DNA from: Marsupella aquatica
Lineage: Eukaryota; Plantae; Marchantiophyta
Assembly: GCA_973895155.1 (NCBI GenBank)
Contig: OZ316896.1
Coordinates: forward strand, 16,664,654-16,728,653
Direction: 5' to 3'
Length of the DNA: 64,000 nucleotides
Made by a program: the position numbers and the translations under genes. Every line of letters begins with the position of its first letter. The first letter of the stretch is position 1. Below the pieces are notes generated by a model. The model did no database searches and was not told the origin of the DNA. It saw only the letters and a list, made by a program, of their open reading frames with translations. Positions 50,569-64,000 of the stretch are shown here, piece after piece.

Positions 50569-53500
50569 GAGCCTCCAGGACTGTAATATGTTGTACAATG
50601 CTCATGTTAAAAATACTTCGCAGCGCTCAAGGGCATGATTTTTTAGAATTGATCAGAGCTTTAGTTGACCGTCTATATTTCATGAAGAGGTTTCCCCAGT
50701 TTGTAATGGCAAACGGAAATTTTTGTACTTGTTTTGAAGAATTGTCTGAAACAATCAATGCTTTCTCTGGGAGGAGAGAAAATGGGAAATGGAAAAAGGT
50801 AATTGGACTGCTTAAGAGCGCAACAGTGACAAACCCAGGGCCATGAAAACTTGGTTTTATTTACCCATTTTCCTAATGGGAAAGCCAGTTTCTCAGATCC
50901 CATTGAAATCTTTCTTTGGGTTGTAAATCAGACACTCAGGTAGACCAATGACAATTTCCAATGTGAAAAACACAGACTACTTAGAGTACTCTTGTCTCAG
51001 ATATCCCCCAAGTCCAAGAATCTTGACTACCATGTAAACATACTCTCTTGCAGCACCATGACTACCTTGTAAACCTACTCTCTGTCAACGGAGTTATAAC
51101 TCTGACTAAAAGCACATAATATAAGGGATCATAATTCTATAATCCTCTCTTGTCTCAAGGTCTCTAACTCATGATTGAGGGCTTTGATTGCTGAACTAGT
51201 TGCAGAACTACTGTCTGTCCAAGCTAGGGATTTAGGGGCCAAGAACAGAGTCTGATCTGGGGATGGCAGATCCTCCATAAGCATACACAACGGGAGTAAG
51301 ATTGGGTCACCCTTGCCCATGAGTGACTACACGAACAAATGTTCACTAGGAATAGCTGCAATGCTACTGTCATCAAAAATCAAATGCTGTCTTATGCCAT
51401 AAGTACGACAGTGTAAGGGCGTCTGACTTGAGATGCACCCTGGTGTGGGTGGTCTAGAGTCAGAAGCCAACCTCTGGTGCACGCAACACACACAATGCCA
51501 CAAGGGGATGAGGTCCTAATCTATCTCACACCACTTCAAGCATCTCTCATCTCATCTTGGCTTGTGGGAGTGACTGGTAAATTTGATCACTTTGGGAATT
51601 TCTCCGCTCAACCAGGACCCTTCTGGTTTCTAAGCTACCAATATTCTCGCTAAGATTTGCATCCCCTTCATCATTTGAGGAGCCCTTGGGGTCTGGTCTT
51701 CTTGCTCCTGCATTCACATAACCAAAAATAAAAGCACTTCTAATCCACTTTTGACATCACATTTCACCTATAGTTCAAAACTGCTATAGAGTACCCATAT
51801 GAAACAAAGAATCCTTTAAAATAAAATTTGTTACAAAACCTGAACAGTTAGAGTGCAAATACTTGATAAATATGGGAACATTCCTCTTTCTCCTGCATTC
51901 ACATTATTTACCAAAATTGAAAGTACTTAGAATCCACTTTTGACAACAAAGAGTCCTTTATAATAAACTTTATTACAAAACCCCAACATTTAGAGTAAAA
52001 TACTTGGTAGAAATGGAAGTTGACTACTTCCTATTCCTCTCAAGCAACTGACTACACATTACAGATGGCATTGTGGATGGGACTCTGTTGACAGTTCCTT
52101 GAGGAACCCTAGCATCGAAAGTCTCTAAACCCCATCACTTAGTGCTCTGTTGGAAAGCTGTGGATGCTTTTGCTTCTGCCAGAGGGTTCTCCATTGTGCT
52201 TGAATGTGGGTCATCTCGTCAGCTTCCTTTCCTCCATGTTGATTCCACCTGACCAGAACACAATCATGATTCATGAGGTACATTTTTCCTTGACATGCAA
52301 TGGGCCCTCTGTCAGTAGACACTCTCATGACTTCCTATCCCAAAACGTGATCCCTACATTATATGTGCAAATTTGACTTTGCTATGAATGACACTTCTTG
52401 ATATTTGCTCCTATAGAGGGTCTGCCTTTCTATACTTGTTTTTTGTGCAGCTCTGCCCTCTGCACTTCCAGAAACTGCAAAATGGTCAGAAAAGGGAAGA
52501 ACAGGACACCTTGTGATTTATCCAGGGTGTGCATTCATGGAGTGTGCACTTGAGAGAGTGGTCACTGCATTGGTATATGGTACACTGACTCAATATACCA
52601 TCAGTGATAGATTTTATTTAGTAGCAAAAAATAGCTAGATTCCACCTCTCTAAAAACCTTTCGCCACTTTTGGCTAAAATTGGTGTTCTCTATCTTCAAT
52701 TAGCCAGTTTCTGACCTAGTCATAGGCCTCAGTAGCTAACATAAAACCGTCTTTCTTAGATCTACGGATCCGATGGTCAGAAAATTATAGAAATAGTATT
52801 CCTAGAAAGTCTGCTCTTGCCCTCAAGGTGACGTTGGCCACATAGGTGAAAAAATGCAACAAACTGCTAAATTACATAAAGCGCCCAATGGGGAGACATG
52901 ATCCCACAAGCTAAAGACCCAAAGACCCAATGAAGGGGAGGCATCCAATGAGCCAAAATGCAACAGGTGAAAAACGAAAATCCTTGAAAATTAAGCCAAC
53001 CACTAGATTTGTAAGGAGTATGTATCAGCATCCTATAAAGAGAAGTAGGACCAGGCAATAGTGAGGTCAGCTACAGTAGCAGCGCTTTCTAATAATAATA
53101 GCCTGATTACCCGTTCTTTCACACTCATGTTCAGTTATGCACAGCATCCTCACTTTAAGTTGTGATCTTATGTAAAGTTATGCTCTAGAGGCTTCACTCT
53201 AGACATTAGGCCCAAGAAGTAACTTTCATTGAACTTATTCACTGACTGGCATGACTACTCACTAGCCCGACTATCCATTCTTTGAACATGAATAGAAATG
53301 AGTATAAAAAAGTGCCGACCCTCCATGACAGGGACTGACCAAATCTTATTCAAGTTTCTTCAAGTAACTGAAGAAGAGCTGGCCGTTTCACCAGAGCCCT
53401 CGACCCTCAATGACTGCAGCTGACCTCTTCACATGCAGCCTCCCTAATCCATGGAGTCTCTTCATATGCAGCCCCTACTCCACCGACTCTCTTCACAGGC

Positions 53501-54639
53501 CCGTTCACAGGCAGCCCAATTTTCAAATGTGATGCACTACTCCTGACATTACTCCACCCCATCCCCAATTTTCACCTTCACCCCTAATTTGATTATTGCC
53601 TTGTAAGTCCTTCAACATAAATAAAGACCAAGACAATAAAGAATAATCCAATAAAAATGATTATATATTATTTCTGGTTAATGTTTTTCCCATCTCTGTT
53701 TTTGTTCACTCAACTTTTTTATTTTGTCTATATTGAGAGTTACCGTCTAGGGGCTTCACTCTACACAATAGTTCTCACAAGTAGCTTTGCATTTTGCTTT
53801 ATTAGCAATATTCTTTTGAACACAAATATCAGGTGAATACAAAAAAACCTTGCAAGGAAAAAATCTTTTTTATTCACCCCATACCCTCCACAAAATTAAC
53901 AGACCCAGGTTATGGTCTAGAGATTTCACTCTATACTAGGCCATAAAAGTACACCTTTCACTGTACTTAGTGTTATGCAAAATTTGACATAGTGAGCTGT
54001 CAGGTACATCCCACAACAAATATGTTTAATATACTTTTTTCTATGCAGAGGTTGTAAGGAGAGTTTTAAACAACGTCACCTTCCAAGAGGTTCTCACCAT
54101 AATATATACTTATCTCCGTGTCAACTTCGATGAGGATATCACCTTAACTAGAAATATCTCCTGCAGATTTGTAAGGAGTATTTTAAACAGCTGTCATCCA
54201 AGAGGTTCTCACCAACTTGTGAGATAATAATTACATTATAGTTATAATGATTGTTATGTATGAGTCTAGGAAGTAGCATAGTGCCATCTCGATTTGTGTA
54301 ATGAATAAAAACATTATTAGAAATTTTGGGCCCGAAAATTTATTTTATATAGGTTGTAGACGTGGAATGCTTCGGTTGACATTCATTGCATTTAGGTTGT
54401 AGATGTGGAATGCATACAGTAGGTTGCCACGAGATTGTGGGTGAAAAGTGACCAATGTGATGGAAAGAAAAAAAAATCCAAAAGGAAAGACAAAAATAGT
54501 ATATTGGAGCAAAAAGGTTCCCATGCAAACAGAAAAATATGCTGGAAGATGGAAGAAAATAAAATGGGAGGTAATTTCAATTAAAACTGGAATCTGGCCA
54601 AGATGGATAGTGGGAGTCCGGAGTGACCCATATGCCCGT

Positions 54640-55480
54640 GAATATCATGAGCCGCCTGTCAAAAAAGCCCATCAAAGTGAGGATAAAGATGCCCATATAT
54701 CTCAAGAGCAAGGGGAAGGAAGGTATCAAATGAAGCTCGAGCGACATATATTGCCTCCTTTGTTGTGGGCACTCGAGATGCCGCTGCCCCTGCTGTTGTC
54801 GCTGCTATGTCAATGATGTTCTGGCACAAAGGGTTCACTACCACAACATCGGCCAAAGTACGCCGACCATCATGGACCATGGTCAGATCAACCGGTAATC
54901 ATTGTGGTGGAGGACCAGGTAGCTCGAACACCACCTCTCACCACACGTGTACCAAAGACCTAGAGAGAACCTGAGGAGTAGCATCTCTCCCAACTTCATG
55001 AATCATTCACTATGGTTTCACCTCCCACATTGCACCAAAGAAGATGAACCCCTATGCCCACCCCTATGACATCACAAGGCTTCCTACATGTGCAGGGAGT
55101 AGGTAAACCTACAATAAGAGAGTGGGGCTGCCCCAGACGAAGCCAAAAAGTGATCGATAACTCCTTTGAATACATCCGCAGATGAGGGGTGGCCGTATTG
55201 GCCTGAAGCCACCCTCTTGTGCCTTTCCCTCCGAAAGAAAGAATCCAAGCTTGGTACCTTTCAGGTGCTTCGGCGAGGATGCTAGAGAGAATGAAAGTGT
55301 ACACAAGGTCAGCCTGAAGACGGGTAGGGTTCAAGGCGGGCAGAGTTCAAGGATAAAAAGTCCTGAAAGGAAGGTAACGAGATGCATACAAGATCTGGTA
55401 GTGAGGACAATGCCTCTCGCAAATGAATCTGAAATGGGAGGGAAACCTCCTCACCTCCAAAAGAGATTAAAGTAAAGACA
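54640..55480 (-). mobile_element. Degenerate CRE-like non-LTR retrotransposon C-terminus (zinc finger + restriction-like endonuclease)
   Basis: GWLQA...LRLG...CTC...CD..G.HLLWCNVGG followed by LADVVVVNP...KEAIY...FLPLALEIYG, with stops and frameshifts. Confidence 0.7.
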
Positions 55481-56094
55481 TGAACCCAAAAATCCCAAGG
55501 GTATTATGCTCTCAATGAAAATAAACCCAAAACCACCTTGAGAAACAAGAAGTGTTGGTGAGAGAGTGTTGTTGTTATCTTCTCTTTTTGTCATATGTGC
55601 TTAGTGAGTTTAAAGTTAAGAATTAAACTAAGTGCTTTGATTTTTCTCTTTTGTCATGTAATGTAGGTTTGCACTCATTGCGCTTTCATTCCTTCCCTAT
55701 TCGCTTTTTATAGATTCTTTTCTTCTTGTCAACTAAAAGAATACTTTAGTGAGGATGTAGATTCATTGCCCTTTCATGTGTTTACTATGCACTCTTTAAT
55801 GAAATACTATTTTTCTACTTTTCAACAAAAAAGGTGATGTTTTAGTGCTTTCAGTTTAAGTCCACTTAATTTTCCCTCTCTTTGGCTCCACTCCAAGAAT
55901 AATTAAGATCAAGTTCAATTTTTTGGGTAATTTGTTTATTTGCGCGAAGTCAAATGGCAGTACGGTACTGCCCTTGAGGTCCCCAATACATTTCATCTCT
56001 TTGTACCATATATACTAGTACCTTTTGAGATGTATCAGGGCACCCATTCCGTAGTATATCTTTAGACGAGTATAAAGTAGTATCTTTGCACATA

Positions 56095-56340
56095 TATCAC
56101 TCCAATCAATCTCACACTACCATAAACCCTTGAAAACTTTTGATTGTTGAGTTTTGTTCCCTCCATACATATACCTTTGAAAACATGCGTCTGAGTTATA
56201 GTAGATTTGCACATATACCACTTCAATCAATCTCACACTACCATAAACCTTGAAACATGTCTGAGCTATATAGTCGTATCTTTACACAAATTCCACTTCA
56301 ATCAATCTTACACTACCATAAACCCTTGAAAACTTTTAGT
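56095..56340. repeat. Imperfect tandem repeat, 3 copies
   Basis: CAATCAATCTCACACTACCATAAACC(C)TTGAAA at ~56103, ~56224 and ~56299. Confidence 0.8.
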
Positions 56341-57467
56341 AGTAAGTTGAGTTTTGTTCTCGTTATTGAAATTTTTGGTTTAGTTCTGTTCCCTCTATCC
56401 ATAAACCCTTGAAAAGGTGTGTGTCTGAGATCGTTTCTCCATCCAAGTTTGTAAACAGATCACTGGGAATGCTTTTGAGAGGGTGGGGTACGATGGAGGC
56501 AGTATGCTAGCCCACTGCTGGCGATACCTTTTAAGAGTTTACAAGCAGAAACAATCGCTACTATCTACGCATAGCAATAAGTGTCAATTTCAGATAGCGC
56601 AAAGAATTCACTTGGAATATGGATTGCTCCAAGAGAAAGGAGACATTTATTTCTGCAAGGAACGCATAGAATGTTGGTAAAATGTTTGGACAATTATCCA
56701 ACTCCGACCGAAAATGAGCTCAACGATAGAGTGCATCTTAAAGGGTGCCAGGAGGAGGCAGCTGAGTCAAAGAGTATCACTGAAGAACACCTAGCCCCAC
56801 TCAGACAGAATGCCCAACTGGGAGTACTCTAAAAAATTGCTACACAACTCAGCATGCCGAGAGGATCATAGGGATCCAGACTGTAGGACACTAACTGAAC
56901 ACCCCACCTTCTGCTGCCGATCAAACTAACAACTCAACAATCTAGGAGAGGACAACGAGTCTCCAGACTCGGATTGCTGACTACATTGCCCTTCTGCTGC
57001 TGCGAACTCCGCCCGGTGAGACGACACCGTCAAGGTCTAGCATAAAAACATTCAACTACCTTGCCCTTCCTTGGCTACTTAGCTAAATCAAAATACTTGG
57101 CTGCACCTAATGATTCTATGCTCTGAAGCAGCTGCATCACTTCAGGTTCCAACTTTGTTCAGACTTTGTCACGAAAAATGTAGACTGTCTGAATCTGATT
57201 ACCCAACTAGTATCTAAATCTTCGGCTGCAAGTTCAGAGAGTGAGATGTCCTTGCCTTCAGGGATGTGCTGAATGTATGTCAATTGAACATAATTCTGTC
57301 TCTACAAAAAATAATGTACAGATCTATTCTGTAGGTGAGGACACCTTGCCTAAATATAATCACTACCTTCGACAATTTGTCAGCATGAATTGGTATCGAA
57401 GCCATTCTCGAACCTTGCCCATTCGGTGGTCTGATTAGAAAGAGACTCCTCCTCGACTTGCAGTAGT

Positions 57468-59779
57468 TCAACGGCGTCGACCTCCTGTCTCTTTCTGGGA
57501 ATTATAATACACGGCAGCTACCGGCAACCCGAGCCCATGCTCTTGAGCAAAGTTCTTCACATTAAAGTTGAGGCGTGTGGAAGGTGGTGCTAGTGACAAT
57601 GGACAATCTTGCTTAAAGACCGCAAAAATATATCGGTGAATTCCAATAGGCGGCGCAGGGCCTGTGTATGGCACTATCTGTCTTCCTGCAAAATTACAAG
57701 AAGAAACATAAGAAGATATCCGAATGGAATATCAGGTCAGCACTAGCCACAAAACTTGACCAGAATGGTGAGAGACATTACTGATCAAAGATCGAGTCAC
57801 GCGCGCTAGTTGCCAGCAAATTCCAAGCGTTCGGAGTTACCTAGTACGAGGGCACCGATAAGTTTTCTCTACCGAATCTAACCTTGTCACTGCTCTTTAT
57901 TCGGGATCTGATTAGTGAACGAGAAAATTCAATCGGTCCGGAATCGTCTCCACAACGAAGATGAGCACCTCTCACCCTCATCTTGTCCAGACGGATCCAC
58001 GTCGCCGTTTACCGAGGACTTTGGAGTGCTGGGACAATCCAGGTCACTGCTAGATAAGGGGGAAACGTGCAAAATTCTCTCTTTTCTTCAAATCCCAGTC
58101 ACTTCCTTCCGCTAATCTGTCAGTCTTCTCCACTAATTCAGGAAAAAATTACTATTGACGATGGAACCTGGTAGATTCAGGATTGATGATTCATAGTGGC
58201 GTTTTCAGTCCGTCTCCCGGGTGACAAGTTAGACTAGACGCATCAATCCCACGGGCTTGCTGCCTAGAGAGCAGTCAAGAATGGCACTTGTGTTACCACT
58301 TCAGGTAAATTCGCGATAGTATTTTAAGCTACTGTTGAAGGATCTATCCTTCCTCGCCTCCTACATGCGAAGCCAAAGATCGCTAGTCACCTCTCTTCTT
58401 CCATAAGAGTTCCATCCTCTCTGGTGGCCACAACGCAACAGCTTGCCCCGACTTTGCCACCTGTTTAGTCAGCTAAGGAAGCTCAAAGTGTACGTACTCA
58501 CACGTGTACACGACACCAGCCATCGAAGTGGTGATGAGCAGGTGACCCAACCTCAGCTGATTTGAAAATCTACCAATTGTATAATGCCAGATTACTCGGA
58601 GCCGCATGCACCCTGGTGAACGAGACTAGAACGATATCCAAGCCTTATTCCCGTCTCATGGGATTCTTGTTGGTTGCGGTCCGTGAAACCTGAAACCTCA
58701 GATATCGAAGGCCATTCTGGTCATCAGCAGACTGGCCAGACTCAAGAAGGATAGTATATTGCGATCTACTACTTGTGGTTCTAGTAACGATTTAGTACAC
58801 CGAAGGTCGAATTCGCTTTTTCGACGGACACTAGATATAAAGGTACAGTACGACATGTACGCGAGCGGAAGAAGCGCCATTCATACCAATTTGAACTCCA
58901 GACAGTCAGGGACTCAACTAACCTGGCACCCAACTGACACGACCAGCAGGTCTGATCCTTACGGGTATGAGCTGCATGCATAATCCATGGCAGAGAAGCA
59001 AACGTTTGCACATGTCTTCCCTTAGTTGGTAGGTAGAAACGTTACAACAAGCGGGTCGTCGCATGTCCCAGAAAATGAGACAAGGGAGGTAAGAAGTCAT
59101 GGGATACGGCGAAAGAAGACAACAGGGACACATCGCAAATGCGGGTTGCCTCCCTTTCAAGCCCGGTTCGTTGAATCACATTGTCGAATTCAAGAACTTC
59201 TTCAACTAAAAACTATGGGTATCAAAAACATACAAGTAAATTCATCTACTGAACGCCGGACAGCATCGGCCTCCTTCGTTTCCGTATTCAAAGTACGGCT
59301 ACTATCGCTTTGGCAAGACATTCTTCGTGGACCATACTCCCAACAGACATTTATATCTAAGAATTCGTGCAACATTTGTGAGGACATTGAAGAGGAAAAT
59401 GTAGATAACAAAGATAGATTGAAGAAAATAAAGAAGGATACCTTGTCGGGCATCAGAACCACCAGGAATGTCAGTTACAAGCCTGCAGCCAAGGAAAACG
59501 GGTTAAACGAACACCTTCAGCTTGCTCAGTAGCGTTCCCTGCCAGGTGCTCATAGAAGCTCGAATTTATCCTCGGTATGCTGAATCAGATTGTAGAGGCC
59601 TCTCTCAATTTTGGAGATCATGTATGGTGACGATGAGGTCCAAAGTAAATTCTGATATGAGAAACGTTACTTCGTTGTGATAAAAAATGTGGACTAAGAG
59701 GACAGCGGTACAGTAGTACGTGGATCAAAAAACCAAAGGACCTATACAAAGTGCTGCCATAAGCTTCTATGCTGCGTGT

Positions 59780-59845
<66 letters not shown>

Positions 59846-60585
59846 CAGTGGAGCAACTCGCGTTGGGACGGCTCGCTGGGACTCGGCGCATCAGGATCTG
59901 TCATTACCTGTTATATTCCGAAAGGAAACGTTTAGTCATAAGCTCAAGTTTTGATCAGATGGGACCCTAGACTTTCATGTCAACATAACTTGACCTAATC
60001 CTCTCAAGATTCTTCGTACAGCTGAATTCAAATGCTACAAGCTGAGCAATCGTCCGCTCTGGCCACGGATGAATTATTTGCCCTCTTGTGACTTCGAAGG
60101 CCCGCATGGAAGCTTCAGAATGTAGTCGAGAATGCTTCTAACTTAACACCTCTCACGTGACATTGCGGATTCTGAGCATCCAAATATCTTTTCCGGACAG
60201 GGACCGCTATCTGTGCGTCTGGTGCTGCGTGCACTTCACCACTAAGGGCACAAGCTACGGTGTCAGGACTTTCAATAAGGGAGTCGGAGCCAACAATGTA
60301 AATTTTACCTACTCTACACGTAAGCCTTCGATCCGATAAATGAGCTTGAGAGAAGAGCAGATGAGAGGAGAGGAGAGGACTGACAAGGGTGAAGAGAGCC
60401 TCCTCGGGATTTCGTCTTCCCACTTGAACCTTCGGCGCCGCCGCAGTGGCCGAGGGTTTCAGCTCACATCCATTTTTAACCTGCCGCGTTTCGTATTGGA
60501 CGGTAAGCTCCACGGAAGGAGCAAATGATTCTAGCACATCCCCTATTACCCGTCCCACCACCAGCGGATCTGAAGAGCGCGACAT
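57468..60585 (-). CDS. MFT: PEBP-family MOTHER OF FT AND TFL1-like protein; exons 60585-60385, 59907-59846, 59482-59442, 57685-57468
   Basis: DPLVVGRVIGDV, VMTDPDAPSPSEP, HWLVTDIPGG, GPAPPIGIHRY and GLPVAAVYYNSQKE, with the canonical 62 bp exon 2 and 41 bp exon 3 of plant PEBP genes. Confidence 0.92.
59780..59842. repeat. (AG)n microsatellite in PEBP intron 2
   Basis: Directly visible, abutting the exon 2 donor site. Confidence 0.95.
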
Positions 60586-63014
60586 GGAGGACTCTCGCCG
60601 ACGCTTCTTCCCTGCGTTGGCAGGGGCCTTGGTCAAATATCGTCTATCAATGACTGCACCCTACTTGTAAACCTGGAGATTTATTTTACACCCCGCCCCC
60701 AAAAGCAGGTCGCCTAATCGATCGATGTAGATTTCTTTAGGACTTCTGTTATCAGTCCCCGTTCCAGCTGCTGCTTTCTTCTGTGTCAGTCAATGGAGCA
60801 CCGCCGGTCGACGAAGTCAAAATGTGTAACGGGAAAGAACGTTTGTGATAGCGAACTTCTCCAGTCTATTGCTAAAGAAATGGCAACATGTCCTGCGCTA
60901 TGCATGCGCTCTTTAATTCTTTCCTAGCTCAGCATTCACAAACAATGTGGTGAGACTTCCTTTTCCCGGTGCTCCCCTCAAGCTCGTAAGTCCCGTTCCG
61001 TCAATGAGTACCTGGCAGCACTAAATTCACATTCCTCCACTCCGCGTTCTAACTGCAAGCCAAGCGAATCCCCCGATGCCAAATGAAAGAACTCAATCCT
61101 TCAATCTGTGACAATCAGAGCTCGAGCTGAGACGGACTAAACAAGAGGGCAACAACAACCCTCCTACCACCTAAATAGAACCAGAAAGGCTGACTTGACG
61201 TTGCCTACTTCGCCGCTCAGTAGACTAGAATGCAGCCAGCGCACAACCTCTACTCACTCATCGTTGCTCCTCACTCCTACACATGCGAGCCAGCTGCCAG
61301 CCAGTCCTCCAATCTACGACACTAAATCGATATCGTTTCGCTTTCTTTCTCCTTTCTCCCTTTCTCCTTCCTACTACACTTCTCCGCACTGCATTCGTCT
61401 AAATAATGAATCTCACAGAATGCCCACCACACTACTAAAAACTATGATCGTGCTCTCATTCTTCATATCATGCCCGCGAATCGTCCATTCTTCTCTACAC
61501 TACACTACACTCCACTCCACTCCGCACAGAACATTCGGCGCAGACAAGAGTTGCATCTCTCGTCGATTCACTCTCTGGGCATCGGCCCACGCAATTCATT
61601 CGGTCGCAATTCCACTGCTGCTACCGTGATGTTGATTTTGCGGCAGCACCACCTCCGCCATCGCCGTTGCTACGACCTCTGCTTCCGTATGTAAACCGTA
61701 TACCAGGAGGGTAAATTTTGAAAACGAGAATGTACTGCAGCATACGTGTCGCGTGGTGACAGAGAAAAATCACGGACGTGTCGGCTGCAGAGGAGAGGTG
61801 ATTCATCACTACTACGGACGGGACTTTAACTATAATATTGGAACAGTGCCCAGCAATGCACAATATGCACAGGTGGCACTCGGGTCAGACCATTATGGTC
61901 ATCGCCGCATCGGCTCAGACCAATCGGTCACCGTATTTTCTTATTTTAATTGCCTACTGTAGATGGAATTTGACCTTAATATAGTAATCACATGCGTACC
62001 ATTTCATTTTGTGTTTCTTGTTTGTAGCATTTCAATATTGACACACTAGCAACGCTATGTGCCTATGTATGTATGTGATATGTGATTAATGAGTAACGAC
62101 ACTCTGGAATATTTATGATGCAAGGGGTGGCCTTATGTTGACGCGTGTACGTGAACATGTCTCTAATAGACCTGTATGCCATAAATACTCTGGTGTCATC
62201 TCGAAAATTGAAGCTTACATGTGCCTCCACGTTTACTAGACCCTGCTATATATGTACAACCACGATGGATTTCTCGAAACTTCATGAAAATTAGAGATAT
62301 TAAACTGCTTGGAAAGCCCCTTCTAACAAGCTCAGACCAAGAAGGGCCTCCATCGAATTTCAACGAAGATAAGGAGGCATTGAAAACTAGTAGCAAACTG
62401 GGCATGAGACATTATATATTAAAGCTCTCTAGTAAAAGGATATTATCCTACTTTAAAGACAGTTGGGGTGTATCAAAGGGATCACCAATTTCTCTAGGTG
62501 TTGGGTAAGCCATAGAAGTTGTGCCAAAATCTTGCAAAGGAAAAGCATGCAAAGCTCAGTTTGCAAAGGCTCAAGCTTCCCACAGGGGTTGACGTGCTGA
62601 CTACCTTATCCGGCTATTTTCTTCACATGTGGTGCAATTCAGATGAAAGGCACTATTTACACCGACTCACTGTTAAAGTACATACTAGTAGATCAAGTCA
62701 GAGCTATTTGCACATTACAGTGCAACATCCAAAATGAAGTACATTTGATATGAGACCTTGTATGAATGCTCAGTCATCATTGTCTGGGCTTGGAGTTGTT
62801 ACCCGTCATACTGAGTTTTGAGGGGTTGGCTGATGGTTCTTTCATCGATGTGAATAAAGTAGTTTTCTCCTCCCCCAAGCCTTCTAGCCATTTGGCTTTG
62901 ATGCTCTGGCAGGATTAAAAAATGCTCAAACTTGTTAGACATTTACTCTTTGGTCTACAGTAACCATAATTCTAAGTGTAATCAAGTGCTTGTTTAAGGT
63001 GATACCTGCTACCA

Positions 63015-63103
63015 CTATATTCACTAGCAGGACTATATAGTGAGTGAAACTGTGGCTCATTGTTACAAAGTCTCTCACTATATAGTCCTGCTAGTGAATA
63101 TAG
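63015..63103. repeat. Perfect 30 bp inverted repeat with 29 nt spacer
   Basis: CTATATTCACTAGCAGGACTATATAGTGAG (63015-63044) and its exact reverse complement (63074-63103). Confidence 0.9.
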
Positions 63104-64000
63104 AAAGAGCTTAGTATGTGGAGACTCCCTGTGACTGACAGACCTACTGTAAATCGAAATCACTAAATTTATGTTGTGTGTTCCCTTGTACATAACCTTT
63201 GTTATGGTGAATCACATATATTTTATGTCAACTACTTAGTTTGTGTGTTTGTTGGGTGTTGTACATTATTTTGCATGTTGTTTATGACTAACAGTTGTTT
63301 GCTCAACAAACCTCAGGTTAGTAGAGAGGGATCTGCAATCACTTACCTACAGACTTCGCTGGATGAATGCATAAACAATGTACAATAGCTTGATATGGCA
63401 AAAATCTAGTGCATTTTATATCCCATTCTTGGGTACACGGGCTACTGACTGTATGTCAATCCACATAAGTTTAGCATCGCATCATTGTAAAAACATTTAC
63501 AGACCAACACTTAGTGCTTTCCATTGCGGCCACCAAGTCCTCTCTGACCTCATTTACCATTCCCAACCCCCGACTCCAAGCCGCTTCTTGAAATGGTAGA
63601 CAAGACCCTAATTAACCCGGACCCTAAACCCAAACTCATCCCTCCCATGTGTGTGCACATAAGGATATGCACAAGAAGGGCTCCCTGTACCCAGATTGCC
63701 TAATCAAGCTTTTTTGAAGTCACAAATATAGTCTAAATATCAAGACCTGTTATAATATCATAGAATTACAGCCTATGGCTTCAAGGTACAGAGTAGCCCA
63801 GAAAGTGCAGACTTTGATCACAAATTATAGTATGGGTTTTCTAGGTGCCCTGTGCAGAGACAACATTGTTTATTTTAGCTGGGATGCACATAGTTATAAC
63901 ACCCTATTTCCAGGGCCTTGTGGGCTCTAATGCTGCTCTAGCCCAAGTTTGAGGGGTTTTATTGCACAAAATGCCCTGGTAACAAAAACGCACTTCAATC

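Overview
Eukaryotic plant nuclear DNA (spliceosomal GT-AG introns, a plastid-targeted EGY3-like gene, an MFT-like PEBP gene); a non-seed land plant is inferred but not proven. The left half holds two unrelated transposons that each carry a DNA methyltransferase. (1) A ~9 kb putative DNA transposon (~4.2-13.0 kb) has a Sola1-like/DUF7869-like DDE transposase transcribed divergently from an intact 3-exon gene for a ParB/Srx-like domain fused to a beta-class amino (probably N6-adenine) methyltransferase; TCATGA sites are clustered in the shared promoter. (2) A 9.7 kb Ty3/Gypsy-type retroelement (20933-30624) encodes Gag-protease-C5 DNMT-RT-RNaseH-DDE integrase-PHD. Its terminal repeats are not a normal LTR pair but a split/permuted arrangement A...B-gc-A-B with TG/CA outer ends, a 4-bp TSD, an internal CA-GC-TG end-to-end junction, a G-tract before B and a Tf1-like self-priming site after A. 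This suggests integration of a two-LTR circle through an attachment site in the middle of the LTR. The remainder is TE relics (L1, CRE-like, Helitron, solo LTRs), tandem repeats and the two host genes. Coordinates and motifs were read by eye; no searches were run.
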